64,000 bases of DNA, taken from Moniliella sp. 'wahieum'. Its lineage: Eukaryota. The notes under the pieces are model-generated. The model had not been told where the DNA came from and ran no database searches. It was given only the letters and a program-made list of their open reading frames with translations. Positions 49,274 through 63,567 of this stretch are shown in pieces. Position numbers and translations under genes: made by a program. The stretch spans positions 186,001-250,000 of the forward strand of contig RSEE01000024.1 in the NCBI GenBank assembly GCA_003971905.1, in the 5' to 3' direction. Numbering within the stretch: the first letter of the stretch is position 1; each line of letters opens with the position of its first letter.

Positions 49274-49890
49274 ATGGCCACCTCTGCGCGCTCGGCCAGC
49301 GCAGCCGAGATCGACGCGGCGGTAAGCAAACTGACCACCTACCGCAACGTCACTGGCTACCTCGTCCTCACCCGCCCCCACCGCCCAGACGACCTGCCCG
49401 CCCTCATCCGCCGGCGGCCCAGAGTTTGAAGGCGCCCTTGCCCCCCCCGTCCTACCCGCCGACGCTGAGGAGCAGCCTCCAGCCCAGTCCCAGTCCCAGT
49501 CCCAATCCCAATCCCAGTCCCAATCCCAGTCCCAGTCCCAGCCCCAGCCCCGCCCCAGCCCCAGTCGGGCACCAACAAGAAACGCGACCAGGTCAAGGCA
49601 GTGATCAACCTCGTCTCCCATACGTTCGGAGGCCTCGCCGACGCCGCCCAGGAACTGGACAAGGGCGAACTGCGATTTGTCCGGCTCCGTACCGCCTCGC
49701 GCGAAATCATGATTGCCCCCAGCCCCCAATTCGTTCTGGCTGTGGTACAGGTCCGTGTCTTCTGTCCTTGGCGTGGAGGGGGAGTGGTGTTGGTTGTGAG
49801 AATCCGCGATGCTGACTGGCCCCACTGGGCGCCTCTGCTCTGCTTGCTGTCCCTCTTTTTCCCCACTAGGACCCGACCGTCCCGCCCTAG
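49274..49890 (+). CDS. Dynein light chain, roadblock/LC7 type, with a (QS)n insertion
   Basis: AEIDAAVSKLTTYRNVTGYLVLTR...LIR, GELRFVRLRTASREIMIAPSPQFVLAVVQ|intron 49751-49869|DPTVPP-stop. Confidence 0.88.
49482..49566. repeat. (CCCAGT/CCCAAT/CCCAGC)n hexamer repeat, probably encoding QSQSQS in the roadblock protein
   Basis: cccagtcccagtcccagtcccaatcccaatcccagtcccaatcccagtcccagtcccagccccagc. Confidence 0.9.
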
Positions 49891-51446
49891 CTTACTCTGT
49901 GTATGTATCGAACAAGTACCATCGGCGAGCAGATAGTGCACCACTCAATCCACACTCTAGTCCATCAGCATGCTCACGTTCTTGCACGGGTACTTGGTTT
50001 GGCGGAACAGTATGCGTCAGGGTGCACTGGAATGCCTCAAGGTCCTTTTGCGCCTCTCTCTCCCTTGAGCGTTCAGTGCATGGAACATGGAACTGTTTGG
50101 AACGAAAAGATGCTTTTTTTTCTCGTCCAGACCGCTCATGGTGCTTGGATGCCAATGCTGGTGGCACCACTGGACCAGGGTTCATCGCTACTCAGGTGAA
50201 GCTTGAAGCTTGAAGGGGTGTCACTGGCATGCCGATCCTTATGCGCTTCTGGAGGAAATGCACAGGCTCCACACGATCGGCACGAGCATGGTCTGATAGA
50301 AAGGCCGTGTCTTTCGGCATGTTAGAAAGCACATTTTTCAGTCAGACTTCTCGCTCACCACAAAGGGAAGAAAAGGCGGAGGGGGGTGTATCCGTCACTG
50401 TTTCAACCGGAGTTCAACGGAGGTACGGCTGGAACTGTACCTGCATCTCAACTGCCATCCTTCCAGCGTCTAACCCACATCGATGGTCAGGACATAGAGC
50501 CAGTGCGTCCCCCCCTTGCCACCTGCCTTTTAGGAGAAAATAGTGGTACACCCATGAGGCCAAAGGAAGCATTCATTTGGTCTGTCTAGATTGAGGCGAA
50601 TTCCCGGAGTGCACGTTGGTTAGCACCCTCGGGGGTACTTGCCCTTTCCCTTGGGTGTTGAGTTGAACGTCACCCTCTACCGGTTAGCCGGGTACAACCC
50701 AGTTACCCTTGGACCAGTCCGCATCCTCAGAGGGGGTTGGGACCGGAGCAGTAAGGCTACGGGGGATACATGGCCCAACATCCTTCCCACCTCAGGTTGA
50801 CCCGCACGTCCCATGAGATAGCCCTAATGCCATTGTCTCGCCCACTTTGCTTCCGCGCTGCTACATCTGCTCCAACGGCGCGGAGACAACGCTGGCATAC
50901 GTTTGTCGGCGAGGACGGCCGGATGGCAGAGTCTGGAGAGATGGATTGGTGGTGGGGAGCGCAGGGAGAGACCAGGAGGTCGATCAGGATGCAGGATTGA
51001 TGCAGATGGTCGATGGTCGATGATCCATAATCAATGCTCGACCGACGGATGTGAAATCGAAGACGATGGGTTGCAATTTCAATCTGGGTCTGCCGATGGC
51101 TATGGCAGATGCTAGATGACGCGTGACGGGTGGTCGGTGGTCCTAATCGGTGACATTGCGCTTCTCTGGTTTCGGCAACAAATACTTTCTGGGCTGACTT
51201 GGAGCACTTGCACCGAAGAAGCCGCACACTGGCTGGGTGCCGGCGCGGCATTAGTAAGGGACGCCCGGGCGCACGGGCAGTGTCGCCGGTTGGCTCCGGG
51301 GGGGGCCGCTAGGCTAGGGCGTGCTAGCCAGCCTGCCGGGAGCCCAGGCTGCCGACGCAAGGCAGGCCCCGGCGCGGGTGCCAGTGCGAGGCCTCCAGCG
51401 TCCAACCGTCTTCCCTTCTCCACCACTCGACCTGCCTGTCCCGACC

Positions 51447-51797
51447 ATGTCTGAAGAAAAGCCGCAGATTGTGCTCCAGACCGCGCCCTTTGACGCGCGC
51501 TTCCCCAACCAGAACCAGACCAAGCGCTGCTTCCAGGCCTACACCGACTACTTCAAGTGCGTCGCTGCCAAGGGCGAGGAGTTCACCCCCTGCCAGCAAT
51601 TCTCCCGCGTCTACAACTCCATCTGCCCCGTCGACTGGGTACGTTCCTTCCCCTCTCCTGCCGTCTCTGGGGCTGTGTTTTGTATCCAGGCAGCCGGACC
51701 AACTCACTAACCTCCCCATCCCCTTCCCGTCAACCAGGTTGAAAAGTGGGACGAGCAGCGCGAGGAGGGCAACTTTGCCGGCAACCTTACTCCTTAA
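51447..51797 (+). CDS. COX12: Cytochrome c oxidase subunit 6B
   Basis: LQTAPFDARFPNQNQTKRCFQAYTDYFKCVAAKGEEFTPCQQF...SICPVDW|intron 51639-51737|VEKWDEQREEGNF. Confidence 0.97.
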
Positions 51798-52829
51798 GTG
51801 TCCCGGCCGCTCTGGCGTTGCGCCCCCCCTTCTCACCCCATGTCCCACCGCCCAACCAATTCATTGTGCACACCCCATCTCTGCTGCTGTCTCCTGTCTT
51901 CTGTCTACTATTTGCGCCACGGATCGGTAGGGTACATGTGGCTGGCGTGTGGACCGGGCGGGACTTGGCACACGCTTCCACCTGCTTCGTAGTCCCTCCA
52001 CCTTCCTCCCTCTCTTCCCCCCTTCTGTATCCGATCCGCCCGCCAGTTTGTCAGCTTGTTGCGCTAGAAATGCACCAGCCACGTGCTACCTGCACCGCAG
52101 GCGGTAGTTTTCTCGCGCCCATCTCTGCGCACGCGGGAGGATTCTACCGACCCAAACGGGGCGTTCGGAGCGCTCCCGCGCCCAGCCCGATGGCTCGTAA
52201 GGGAGGTTGGATGCGTGAGAATGGCGCTGAGGCATAGGTGACAGACAGCCGGTGTGGGGGGAAGCGTATGGAAAAAAAGTAGTCGTGCAGCCGGGGCAGG
52301 TCTCCTATATGGGAGGCGAAAGTACGGACGCTTGAGCTCGAGTCAAACGAGGCAGGGGAGAGTTTGGGCAAAAGGAAGGTCGAAGAGAGGATAGAGAAAA
52401 TAGATTGGTGGGCAAATGTCGGGGTCAATGTCAGTGTTCAGTGTCAGATTTCAGAGCAGCGCTCCGTCCGACCCGCGAGGCCATCGGGCGATGAACGTTG
52501 AACGTTGAGCAGGGCCTGAGTCAGGAATATAATTTTTGGCCGTAGGCCGTTCAGGCTCCGAGCAGGACAAAGAATGGGGCGGGAGCCAAGCCAGCCTGCC
52601 AGCCGAGCCGAGCGCAGCCGCCCAGCGCCCGCCCGCCCCTGGCGCTCATTGAGCGCTCAGGCTGAGCCGTTATCGACGTTATCTCTCACCCGCTCCTTTG
52701 GGATCAGCTTAATTCCTCCCCGCCCCCCCCACACGTCAGACGGACCAGTCGCAACGCAACAGAAGGTGCGGTGGTGCTGTCCTGTCCTGTGCTTCTGCTC
52801 CGCCACCTTGCTCCAGTTCCGTCACCATA

Positions 52830-54472
<1,643 letters not shown>

Positions 54473-55174
54473 ATTAAAGTAGTACGCATAGAATAGGATA
54501 TGCTGGTGTGTGGTTCCTCTTTCCCCCCTGTCCCAGTCTTCTCACCCGGGCCATTGCTCGACCACATGAGTACGATGGACAACATGCCTTTTTTCCCTCT
54601 CGTCTTTAGACTGCACATACGCCCAAACCTGAATCGATTGGTATGGGAAAGAGTAAGAACCGTGACAGTAACGTCAAGGGCCCAAAGTGTATAGATCATA
54701 GATTAGTCTTCGTATCATCCCCGTCGCGCGTTCACTCGGAATGCCAGCCTTACAACCGTTTCCGTAGGCGGGGGCGCTGGCCCTAGCTAACCACATGGCC
54801 ATCGCGCACTTCGTTACGAGAAGTAAAGCCCACGGGAAAGGACGCGTTCGTCCACTCACGCTCTTTTCATATGGGACTCACTCCAAGAGGGTAGCCGTTG
54901 GGTCGCTGCGCTCACAACAGGAGTACCCACCTCTCTGCGGGGTTCACCGACGTCATCAAAGCCACTTGTTGGCCTTCTTGAGCACGCTCCCACCTCAGCC
55001 AGACTGCGTGCTGCTCTCCGGTGCTCTCGTCTGAGGGACACTAGCTACGCTAGGTTAACGTTAACCCCTTTGCGTCTCCCTCTCCCGCGCTTGGCTCAGC
55101 ATGGCTTGTAGGGTACATCACATTGGCATCACAGTAAGAGCGGCGCACAGAGCGCTCGTATCACCCAGCCCGTA

Positions 55175-57250
55175 TCACGTGCTGGGCGACTGGGGCCTGG
55201 GGGTGGCGCTGGTACCGCTCGCGCCCGTCGTGGCTGGCAACGGCGTGGGCGGGTCAGTCAGAGAAGGGTCGTCAGTGAGGAACTGAGCGAACAAGTCTTC
55301 CTCTTGAGGCTCCGGCCACTGCAGCGCCGCAATGCCACGTGTCCATGCGTCCTGATGGTCTTCCACCACTTGCGCCGCATGAGGATCGCCCGGACGCAAC
55401 TCGTCGGCCAGCGCAGAGAGAGAACGTGGCAGTCGCGCTGGCGTCGGCGTCGTTGTCGTTGCAGGTGCAGGTGCAGGTGTTGGTGCAGATGTTGGTTCTG
55501 TGATAGGTGCTGTGGTAGGTGCTATGGTAGGTGCGGTGGTAGGTGCAGGGGCAGGCATCTGGGCTGGCGCTTGGGCTGAGGTTGGGTGTGTCCAAGTGTC
55601 CCTGGTGTCTCTTGCACTGGTGGAGCGCGGGTGGGCAGCATTGAGCAACTGGGCAAGCCAGTGAGCCCCCTGCTCCGTGCCGAGGACCTGTAATACCTCG
55701 GCCCGTTGCCGCGGGCTAAGCCGAGGGGGAGACGGCTGCCGGTGCGCTTGTGGTTGTGATTGCGCTTGTGGTTGTGGTTGTGGCTGAGGCGGCGGCGGTA
55801 CAGACTCCATCTCCTCGGCCCCTGGCGAGCCTAGCCGCTCAAATCTCCCTGCATCCTCGTACCCCGTCAAATTGGCATTCACCGCGGCCTTCGAATCCCA
55901 ATCCCAATCTCGGTTCCCGTTCCCGTTCCCATTCCCGTTCCCGTTCCGATTCCTCGACCCCTTCACGGAGGTAGATGGATCTGGGTGCCAACCTTCGGGG
56001 CCCTGGAGCAGCGCCCGGCCCGAGACGGGCCGCTCACGGGAAAGACGGGCAAGGTCGTCCGGTAAGCCTGCGTGAGCACTGGGGTCAGCACCTTCGCGCA
56101 ACGCCGGGACCGAACCAAATACGCCGCCGAGGAAACGCAGGATCTTTTCAAGCGCATCGTGTTGCTTGCGTTCGCGCCGGTGGGCATCTTGTCGGTCAGC
56201 CCAGAGGCTTTTGAGCCGCACGCAGATGCGCAACTTCCCGCACCAAATCGTTTTGCTGCGTCTGGAGCGTCTGCAGGACTGAGGCCAGGTTCACGCCCCA
56301 TGCATGTGCGGCAGAAGAAGGGGGCGCACCAGTTGACCCACTTGGCTCGGAGGGCGGGGCCGTGGTGGACGCTGCCGAGGTCGAGGTCGAGGTCGAGGTC
56401 GAGGTTGAGGTTGAGGCAGATGCGGAAGGGAGAAAATTGGCTGCCCACAATGCAGCAGCAGGGTTGTTCGGGAGACCGTTGGCGGTCCGCAGCGCTTCAA
56501 CCAGTCGCGGCGACAGACCAGAGGGGGGTAAGTAGGGTGTCAAGGCAGTCGAGCTCGCTGGCGCCAAAGTTGAAGGTACGGGTGAGTCAGCTGGAACGAG
56601 ACCAGCAGGCGGGATGGCAACAGGCGGCAAAGATAGCGAGGAGAACGGGGATGGAAAAGGAAGTGAGAGGCGCGAAGACCGCGATGGCGCTGGAGACGCT
56701 GGACGGGGGTGCTTGTGCCCGGCAAGTTGGGTTTGAGGCGTGGACTTTTTCCGCACGACCAGGTGCATGAGTTGAGGCTGGTCCCGCTGAAAGAAAGGGT
56801 GGAGGAACTCATTGAGGTCGCCCTGCATCAAAGTACCGGCCGACGGGTCTTGCTTCTTCTCATCCGGCGGCGAGCAGCTGCCAGGCACGTTCACTACGGG
56901 TTCTAGAGCTCCCGTCTGGAGATGGGGCACCTTGTGGAACCCGTACATGTTGAGTTGGCGCACAAAGCTGCTGAAGCGTTTGTGCAGAAAGAAGCGGGGA
57001 AGAAGCTCCTCCGAAAAACGCAGTGGGTCGCAGATAAAGATGGACTTGCCCGATGGGCTCCAGCGAATCAGCTCGTCAGTTGACGGGTCATCCACCATAC
57101 TTGGGGCCACAGTCAGCCTTGATCCGAAGTGATGGGAAACAGAGCAGATAGGGAGCGGCGGGAAAGGAGTGCGTACCTGCGCAGCTTGTTGAGGAAGGCC
57201 GGGTAGATCTTACCCGGCCCCTGCGATGGCTGTGGTGTTGCGACCTCCAT
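55175..57250 (-). CDS. HSF1: Heat shock transcription factor (HSF DNA-binding domain + HR-A/B coiled coil)
   Basis: PAFLNKLR|intron|SMVDDPSTDELIRWS..G.SIFI, LLPRFF.H..FSSFVRQLNMYGFHKVPHLQ, EF.HPFFQRDQP, coiled coil LQTLQTQQNDLVREVAHL...LW...QHDALEKILRFLGGVF. Orthology to HSF1 is likely but not proven. Confidence 0.88.
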
Positions 57251-57367
57251 GGTGGCTGCTGCTCAACCCTCCATCTGCCGGGCCGAGCTAGATATGCGGA
57301 GGGCGGGACACGATTGCCCGATACCCGGGTTTTGCACCGATTGTACTCAATCGCTGCGCCAACAGAC

Positions 57368-57398
57368 TTGAACGTTCAACGTTGTTCAACGTAGTTCA
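57368..57398. promoter_or_regulatory. Palindrome TTGAACGTTCAA with a two-unit HSE-like GAAnnTTC core, ~120 bp upstream of the HSF start
   Basis: ttgaacgttcaacgttgttcaacgtagttca; GAACGTTC at 57370-57377. A regulatory role is inferred only. Confidence 0.35.
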
Positions 57399-57895
57399 GC
57401 CTCCTGGCTCGGCCAACTCGCAAAGAATGAAGACGGCGGGAAGAAGAGACATGCAACCTCCAATACTCACCAGACGCCAAGCAATCTCCATCCACCCTTC
57501 CACGACCACTGGCTCCTTGTCTTCCGAAGTCAGGCGTAAAAAAACAAGCACCGTGCTGGAGAATGGCGCCGCTTTCCCGTCCGGAGGAGGGTAACGTGCA
57601 CAGGTTGCAGCCTGCGCTCACCGTCTGCCGTTTATTGATTGGGAGAAAGCGCAGTTGCGACGGAGGTGATGCAAACACAAACCAAAAAACTACCGACCGA
57701 AAAACTACTGCACCTCCCAATATGTCATAACCTCCGGTCCCGGTGGTGGATGAGAGCAGGCATTCAGTAGATTGTTCAAAAACAGGGGGGTCCAAACAAT
57801 GAAGTCGAGGAGGGGTATGATACACAGAGGGGAGAATACGCACGTGCAGTGAGAGCAAAGGAGGGGGGGGGTGGGGCACAAAAGTGAAGGTTCGA

Positions 57896-59534
57896 CTAGA
57901 GTGGGTAGCGGAAGAAGCGTCGCTTTTCCCAGTCTGTCTGGTTGCTAAGATCTTCAACGGCATGGTGTTCGGGGTGGTCACCAAACTCGCGGTCGCGTTG
58001 ACGATTGAGATAAATGTGGGTGAGGAAAAAGATGCCGTACGTGATCCAGCTGATGGCCAGGAGAGAAACCATGGCAATCTTGGCTGGTGTATACTCGGGA
58101 GCGTCTTTTGCGCGGTAGATTTGTGCGCCAATAATGTTGCCGGGAGTAGCCTACTTGGAAGATGGCATTGGCCATAATCCGCTTCGTCTCGCCCGAAAAG
58201 CTGCGGGCAAGGGTGCCGTAAAGCACCATCGACGCTGGTGCAAACCAAGGCACAAACATGTATAGTGTCACCTTGGCTACATCGCTCGCGTGCGAAGCCA
58301 GGACCCCCGATCCAATAATTGAGATCAAGAGCGTGAACGACCCCATCACCGACGCCGGAAAATACATGGCACCCACCACGATCAAAATACAGGCAGCGAC
58401 TTCAGATCCACCCTGCGCCAAACCAAGAAGCGAAGTTTGTTCCGCATTGAAGCCAAGGGAGGAGATGACGGTGGTGCCAAAGTTCGTAAGTGCGCCATTG
58501 GCCACATCCATACAGATGATGCACAAGAATAACGTCCAGACGCGTGGGTCGATTAGCGCTTCGCGCACTTGGTACCACTCAAACTTGTGCGAGACAATGC
58601 CCGTCTTGTTTTTGGCAACCAATTCCACGGCAATCAACTTCTCCCGCTCGTTGAGCACCATCAGCTTGCCCGGCTCCGACGGCATAAAGACCAGCGTGAT
58701 AACGGAGAAGAGGGTGGTAACCAGGCCTAGAATGATAAACATCTCGCGCCACCGGGGAATAGCGGTGTTGTGCTGCCGCTGCAGACCATAAGAGATGAGA
58801 CCTCCCAGGATCTGAGCCCAACCGTTCTGAGTGACGAGGCGAACGGGTCAGTCAATGGCCTGCTCCATACATTGATTGACTGATGGTTGCGGGTGGGGAT
58901 AGGGATAGGGAAACGTACAAAGGAAAACCACAGAGCGGTGCGGGTGTTGATTTGCTCGGTACTCCAGAAGCGACCAGTTAGAAGAATAAACCCAGGCGTA
59001 ATGGCGGACTCAAAGATGCCGAGAAAGACACGGCAGGTCATGAGACTGGCCCAGTTAAAGGTTGCGGCGTGGAGGGTGAGTGTGACCCCCCAAAAGAACA
59101 CACATACCGCCAGGTAGCGCCCGAGTTGGACCTTGTGGAAGATAATAGAGTGCACAGGAAGAGCAGCCAAGTAGGCAAAGTAGAATGTACTTCCCAACCA
59201 CGAGTACTGCGACGAGTCAAAGTGAAGCGTGTCCTGGAACCCCAACAGATGGGCGTAGTTGATGGTTGTTTTGTCCACATACGTGAGGCAGTACACGGTA
59301 CACATCATAGGCAAAAGGTACCAGTCGGTTTGCGAAGCACCTTCTTGCACTCTTCTGGCGTTGCGTCCAATCGCTCCGTGTCCAGGACACGTGCCATGGT
59401 GTCAACATCGGCATTTTTCAAGTCTTCCACTTCCACAATCGGCTTGAATGCGGTCTCGGGGGAGCATAGCCAGCGTCCACGTGCTTGGACGAGGCGGACA
59501 CAACGGACTTGCTGTCCTTTTCAGTTACGGACAT
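57896..59534 (-). CDS. MFS anion:cation symporter, Dal5/allantoate permease family
   Basis: DWYLLPMMCTVYCLTYVDKTTINYA, QYSWLGSTFYFAYL, CRVFLGIFESAITPGFILLTGRFW, intron ~58826-58918, LNEREK.IAVE.V.KNKTG, FEWYQVREALIDP, NGALTNFG, GETKR, C-terminal DLSNQTDWEKRRFFRYPL. Confidence 0.93.
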
Positions 59535-62472
59535 GGCGGCGAGGGTTGGGTTGGTGTAACAGAGGCAAGGCGAGGCACAGGGGGGAACACAGGGGATGAA
59601 ATGCATGGATCCTCCGCACTCTCGGTGTGCTTTTTATAGGCATGGCTGCCTGGCTGGGACGGCAGGACAGGTTGCCGGCATTTCACATCAGGTACGATGG
59701 GTTGTGAGCGCGCTGGACACCGTGCTGGAGGCAGCGCAAGCTACCCTGGCAGCCGGACGGCACGATGCCGTGCAAAGGAATTGGTTTTCCACACCACATG
59801 CAGCAGGCTGGCCGTTGTGTCTGAAGAAATCGGTGTGGATGACCGGTCGATGATCGCGTCGCGTGGGGCGGACGGCTAGTGGCTAGCGAGCGGGGATGAT
59901 GTCGATGCGATGCAGATGATGTCGATGATGATAACTTGCACCCAACCAGGCCACCCCACCGACTGCTCCCGGGGCGCCACTCGGACTGTACCGACAGCGC
60001 TGCTTCCCCGCCCTTGGCGCCGCGTCCGCTGCTCCGAGGGCGGGCGTCGCGTGATGCAGCAGGGCGTGCAACCGAGTGGGGCACTGGCCTGGTGCGGGCA
60101 AGGGCAATCAAGCTAATCAGTTCGCTGCGGGCGCTTCGGACAAATGAGATAGAACAGACACTGCCCCAGTGCGCCCTGCTCGGGGCTACACGGCGGCACA
60201 CGGCCAAATAGGCTGGCGCGCTGCGGGGGCTCTCCTGCCGCCCAGTGCCCCACCGAGGCTGATAGATCGATAGCGGCTGCCCGGCACTGTGCTCCTGCCG
60301 CGCGCTCGGGTCTGGCTGCTATCTGGGGCGGGATTTTTCGTGGCAGGAGGGAATGGTAACGAGTAGCTAGCGACCAGCGGCGCGTGGCGAACCAACACTG
60401 CCCCTGGGGGCATTGGACCCGACAGCTGCCAAGCTTGTTCAAGCTTCAAGTTCCAAGGCGCTCGTCCTCCGGCCTCGTCCATGTCCTCATCCACCAGTCA
60501 TCCTCTTATCTGGACGCTTCGCTCTCGATAGGCGGCCGCACGCCGGTCCGCCTGCCGAGTTCTTCATGGCCTACGTTTGGCAGCTGCCTCCCACGTCAAG
60601 ATGATCAATGATCTCGATCAATGGCCTCAGGCCTCATTAACGTTTAACCTCATTGGTGACCACGTCACACACCCACAATAACATATCACACTTCTTCTTT
60701 GCTCTTCGTTCGTCGCCCATACCCCACATGCAGCCATTGAAACGCGTTCACAACGTCACTAATAAAACGGCGGAGGAGTCCAGCCGAGAAGCCGCGGCTG
60801 CACCCCAGGAGAGAGGCCAGACTTCAATAAGAAGGCCAAAAAGCCTATTAATGTCATGGCTGTGAGCGCGCAGAGCGCTGATGACTATCTCTTCATCTAC
60901 GTTCAAATCGTCATCCTCGACGGTCGCCACAACGGGCGAAATGCCGCACTCATATTCCTGGCATTTGGAGGAGAGGACTCAGATTGAATCAGAGGACTCG
61001 GGTCGAATCAAGAATGTTCGTATTCAAAAGTGTATACCAACATGCATTTCTCAAGTCAGAACATATTCGCCATCCTCGTCTTTTGCCTGTACTGGGTTGA
61101 TCAAATTGGCAAGGAGAGTAGGGGGAGACGCTAATGGACCGTGGGGAAAAGCCACAAACCATTGCTAGCAGACAGGGACTAGTATAGGGAAACAAACGCA
61201 TTAGAGGAAGGACAGGGAACAGCGGAAAACAGGGGGGACGGTTGCCGCAATGGCAACCTACTTAGAAAGGCAAGGTAAACGGGCACGGGTCGGCACGGGG
61301 CGGCTATTGTCGCAAAGGGAAATACAAACAGTGTTGGGTGGCCAACACGTGGGGACAACCAATTCACTGGGACAAGAGGTGACTATTGTCGCGCGGATTC
61401 GTAGAACTGATAATCGCGCGGATGGGTTAGGATACAAGGTCCTTGAGCCACTGCGCGACCGCGACTTATTGGGATCTATATTCCTGATCTCCTCCCAACC
61501 TGGCCCCTCTCCGGTGCCTGGGTTACGGTGGGGATTGAGCTCGAGAGGGAGGAAAACCGTTCGTACCGCCCTTGGGCTGATGGAGATGTAGCGCCACACT
61601 GGTATGGTTGGCTCTACCATGTGCAATGCAATACATCATCACTGCCTGCTCTCTGGTCTTTTACATCCTCACTATCTTGGCTGCAGTGCCATCCGTCTAT
61701 AGGTCCTTCTTAGCGCATATATTAATGCACGATGGATAATCGATAATCGCTGATCGCTGATCGATGATCGATGATCTCAGCGACATCATGCATCACCGGC
61801 CCCTCCGTCACCCGCGTCACCGGGTCACCTTATACACAACGGCGAAACTGTCCCCCCATGTGTCCTTCTAATTCTACCAAGCCCCGCAGCTCGGGTGCCT
61901 TCAAGGTTCTGCTCCCACCCATACCCCAGCCGCTACCACAGCCGCACCCCAACGCGTTCCACTTTTGCCATTCTTCCGGCTTGTGAAACGATATCTGTAT
62001 GATGCCAGCCGCGCTGTTCTTCCACCAGAGAGGGCTGAGCCTCAGCGCTGACTCGCCCAATTGATCGTTCACATCATTTTATCCTCGTCTTGCTAAGCTC
62101 CCGTGCAGACGTGGTAGTAAAATCGCTGTCTTCCATAGTGTGAACGATCTTTCTCAGCTATTGGAAATGCGTGGCTTGGCGTGAATACCCGCTCAAGCGA
62201 AAGCATCTACGACTCTTCTTGTGTGGGTTCTCCGGAATGAGCCCGTGAGGAAAAGCTCTCGAACAAGCACACCGACAAGTGCGGGGGAGAGGACAAACGC
62301 TCATTGTGTCGGCTCGTACCCAGAGCAGTGAGAATCGAGTTTCTCAACACCAAGCGCAACAAACGAATCCTAGTTGATCCAGCACTACAGGGAGCAAAAG
62401 TGGGGGCATCGGGTAAAGCAGAAGCGGCTGCAACAGAAGGACAAGCATGCAAGCAACATAGCAGCCGTCGGT

Positions 62473-63567
62473 TCACCACGTATGCATCTGCCGCTGCGCC
62501 CACTCGACCGCGACAAAGGTGGCTGCATTGGCAAAGGGAGCGCGCACCAGGGTGGGAACCAAGCCACGGAAGAACCCCTTGACCCCGGTCTCGTGGTAGA
62601 TGGCCCGGGCACAGGCGGTCATTCCTGCGTACTTGCGTTCCGCGGGGAGACAGCGTCGGTTTGCATGCGCGATTTGATTACGCTTGGAACCCACACCCGA
62701 ATCAGTTGCCAGCTCATCATCGGAACAAGAAAGGAATGGGACGTACTCAATCGGGTACACCATGGCCCACAGTGCCACGCCAGCCGAGGCACCAGCGACC
62801 ATAGCAGAGGAAGCACTAAGTTGGTCCCGCGGTTGACCCTTGAGGATGTGCTGGACGATTTCTTCGTACGTCCAAAAGTAGACGCCCATCCCATGTCCTT
62901 CTCTCAAGATCGTCGGCCACAAGCCATGGAACACCCCACGAATGCCACCGGCCTTGAAGATTTGGCGGAGCGCATCCATAGGACCCTTGTAGGATTTGTG
63001 CAGGGCCACCTGCGCCTGCAACCGGATTCGTACATGTTCCACAGGCGAAGCAACAAACGAGTTGGCTATGCCGGCCACTGCACCGGACAGGTACAGTTGC
63101 GTTGCAGTAAGCGGACCTGGTTTTCCATGTGTGAAGAGCCGCTTCATCTCCTCCACCACGCCGAATTGGATGGACACGCAGGCACCAACACCCAACAGGG
63201 GGGTGAGTGTTCCCTGAGGATATGTCAGTCTGCGTGCATACACAGCACAGCCACAAGAGGGGAATGGCGAAGCGGGATCGGGGGGGCACGTACCTTGTAG
63301 AACCCAAGCGGGCCTTCCTTGACAAGAATTTGCTTGGCACAGTCCACTACGCCTAGAGGGTGGGAGGTACGTCGACCGTCAGCGGTGGGCTCTGCTGGGA
63401 CGTGAATCGGGAGAGCGGAAGGGGGGAGCAGACGTACCTTTGTACATGCCCTCGGGGGCGGTTTGGAGGCGGACCTTGACAATGTCAAACGGCTGGCCCA
63501 CCAGCACCTGGGCCACTCCACCTGTCGTGCCTGACAGCACGTCTTTGACCGGCTGCGAGAGACCCAT
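62473..63567 (-). CDS. YMC1: Mitochondrial carrier, carnitine/acylcarnitine-like YMC1/YMC2 subfamily, about 3 introns
   Basis: KDVLSGTTGGVAQVLVGQPFDIVKVRLQT, DCAKQILVKEGPLGFYK|GTLTPLLGVGACVSIQF, SPVEHVRIRLQ, PTILREGHGMGVYFWTYE, YPI.|VIKSRMQTD, GFFRGLVPTLVRAPFANAATFVAVE. Confidence 0.93.

Noticed and set aside
49395..49580. Repeat region of the roadblock gene as an intron
   Set aside because: No convincing donor or branch point. It reads as coding (GGPEFEG...QSQSQ...GTNKKRDQVKAVINL) with small slips.
61528..61713. NDUFA12-like fragment (DVAPHWYGWLYH)
   Set aside because: Only a short resemblance to the PPEWHGWLH motif; the upstream GTD..GNKYYE and RWV motifs are missing.
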